Shown here: in pieces, positions 30,471 through 32,000 of the stretch
Layout of the letters: every line of letters begins with the position of its first letter
Numbering within the stretch: the first letter of the stretch is position 1
Assembly: GCA_000175855.1 (NCBI GenBank)
Contig: ACYB01000007.1
Span: 60,127-92,126 of the forward strand
Length of the DNA stretch: 32,000 nt
Direction: 5' to 3'
DNA from: Raphidiopsis brookii D9
Lineage (GTDB): Bacteria; Cyanobacteriota; Cyanobacteriia; Cyanobacteriales; Nostocaceae
The notes under the pieces: model-generated
Seen by the model: the letters and a program-made list of their open reading frames with translations, nothing else
Databases searched by the model: none
What the model was told of the DNA's origin: nothing
Made by a program: the position numbers and the translations under genes

Positions 30471-31688
30471 TTGTACATTTCATTAACAAAATTATTCTTA
30501 CAATGCCAAAAAAACCTAAGTCATCCTTATACAGAACCTTTAGCATTTGAACGTTTATTACTGTTAATTGCTACCCTACTCAAATATCCGGGTGTGGGGA
30601 GTCCAGATTTCCTAGAATTTAGTAATAATAAAAATCATGACGCAATTGGTGTCGTTAAAATATATCTACAACAACTAGCCAAGAATTTAAATATAAAATT
30701 ACCAGATAATTATCCCGCAGTGGACACATTACGTAAAGATTTAAAAACCCTTAGACGCTACGGTATCCTTGATCAAAGAATGTATCGTTGGGGATATTAT
30801 TTAGGCACTGGTGCTTTGTCTATTACTGAACTTAAAGTAGCATTTAACACTTTAGCTTCCCAAGCACAATATCAAGGCGATGCCCAAACAAGACGCATTT
30901 ATGAAACTTTAAGTAAAAGACTGCGGAGTTTGGATAGGGAACTCAAGGGAGAATTTTTTTATCCTATCCGTCAACATCTGAATCGTGCCATAATTCACAC
31001 AGACCCGGAAGAAATGGCAGCAAAAGGAGAAAACAGAGATACGTTATTTCATCAATTACCATTATTAGAACAGGCCATAAGTCAAGGACAAGCCATCGAA
31101 ATTTCTCGTAGTAAAAGTTTCTATGGTTCTGGTAATATTGGTAGATTTCAGGTATTTCCATTACAATTAATTTACCATGATATTGCCTGGTATTTACTGT
31201 ATGAGCTCTGTGAAGGTGGACATTTAGTAATGGGGCGTATTAATCGCTTTAATAGTTATTGTTCCCTAGTTAAAATACCAGCACGGGGAATAGAAAAACA
31301 AAGAGAAAGTTTAGCTAAAGCCTATCAACTATTGGAAAATGGTTGGGGTTTAAATTTAGGTGAACCTGAACCACAACAGTTAGAATTAGCGGGAAATCTT
31401 AAATTTATTGAAGTTGAGGTACGTTTTTATCCTCCCATATCCAACTTTATTGTAGAAGGAGAGCGTCGTCATCCCAATCAAAAAATTGTAGTCGGAGAAC
31501 CCGATAAAAACACTGGGGAATACAAATTTATAGAATATTCTATAAAATTACCGCCACGTTCTTTAAATGAATTTATACAATGGGTTTATCGTTATATGGA
31601 TAAGGCACAAATATTGTCACCACCAGAATTAATAAAACAACATCATCAGCTTGCACAAAATTTATATAATCGTTATCAGAAGGTTTAA
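30471..31688 (+). CDS. WYL-domain transcriptional regulator (wHTH-WYL-C-terminal extension), CRISPR-associated by position
   Basis: N-terminal HTH-like region (LAFERLLLLIATLL...LRKDLKTLRRYGIL) and a WYL domain (GQAIEISR...RFQVFPLQLIYHDIAWYLLYE). It diverges from the cas1 operon. The start is uncertain: TTG at 30471, or ATG at 30503 if the A7 run 30508-30514 is one base too long. Confidence 0.8.
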   Translation: MYISLTKLFLQCQKNLSHPYTEPLAFERLLLLIATLLKYPGVGSPDFLEFSNNKNHDAIGVVKIYLQQLAKNLNIKLPDNYPAVDTLRKDLKTLRRYGILDQRMYRWGYYLGTGALSITELKVAFNTLASQAQYQGDAQTRRIYETLSKRLRSLDRELKGEFFYPIRQHLNRAIIHTDPEEMAAKGENRDTLFHQLPLLEQAISQGQAIEISRSKSFYGSGNIGRFQVFPLQLIYHDIAWYLLYELCEGGHLVMGRINRFNSYCSLVKIPARGIEKQRESLAKAYQLLENGWGLNLGEPEPQQLELAGNLKFIEVEVRFYPPISNFIVEGERRHPNQKIVVGEPDKNTGEYKFIEYSIKLPPRSLNEFIQWVYRYMDKAQILSPPELIKQHHQLAQNLYNRYQKV

Positions 31689-31755
31689 TATTAAAAACCC
31701 TAAAGAGAAATTTTCAGGGGGAAACTTCATAAGAATTTAATCATCAACTTTGTAA

Positions 31756-31848
31756 TCGGGCGATCCTTCCTATCCTTGGGATGCAGCAGAGTATCTGGAA
31801 ACAAAAGAAGATATTGAACATGCTATAAACAATACGTTTATATTATGA
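31756..31848 (+). pseudogene. Fragment resembling the N-terminus of a HigA-type addiction-module antidote protein
   Basis: A 30-codon open frame with no start codon: SGDPSYPWDAAEYLETKEDIEHAINNTFIL*. The (F/W)DAAEYL-x-(S/T)-x-E-x-I motif is typical of that antitoxin family's N-terminus. The HTH part is absent. Confidence 0.3.
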
Positions 31849-32000
31849 AGTCTCTTGACTCATAATAAAGTGAGTGCGACTGCACTGCACTCGCACTTGC
31901 GCGATCGCCGTTTTTAAAAACTCACACCTACCCTCCCATACCCGGAAGCCCATACTACATATATCAAAATCCCTAAGCAGAACATTACATTCTTATGCAT

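Overview
Cyanobacterial chromosome segment, Nostocales-like by gene content: split rpoC1/rpoC2 and at least ten HIP1 (GCGATCGC) palindromes. Positions 1-19.3 kb are a conserved housekeeping block. It holds a membrane-protein gene running off the left edge, hslO (Hsp33), a small conserved ORF, a universal stress protein, hisD, rpsT, tatD, rpoB-rpoC1-rpoC2, a GIY-YIG-like ORF, htpG and the Fe-superoxide dismutase sodB. Positions 19.5-31.7 kb are an accessory block that looks more AT-rich by eye. It carries a minus-strand type III-B-like (Cmr) CRISPR-Cas locus in this order: small 2-TM ORF, cas1, cas2, a ~500-bp non-coding gap, cas10/cmr2, cmr3, cmr4, cmr5, a cmr6-cmr1 fusion with a Gly/Asn/Arg-rich N-terminus, and a CARF-HEPN (Csx1/Csm6-like) RNase. 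A WYL-domain regulator is transcribed divergently, and a short antitoxin-like gene remnant follows it. I found no CRISPR array, no cas6 and no tRNA/rRNA gene in the window. Six or seven genes are interrupted by single-base frame breaks, mostly at homopolymer runs: the left-edge ORF, rpoC1, rpoC2, the csx1-like gene, cas10, cas1 and possibly the WYL gene start. Two of these are essential RNA polymerase genes, so assembly error is the leading explanation. The cas genes should not be called pseudogenes without read-level checks.
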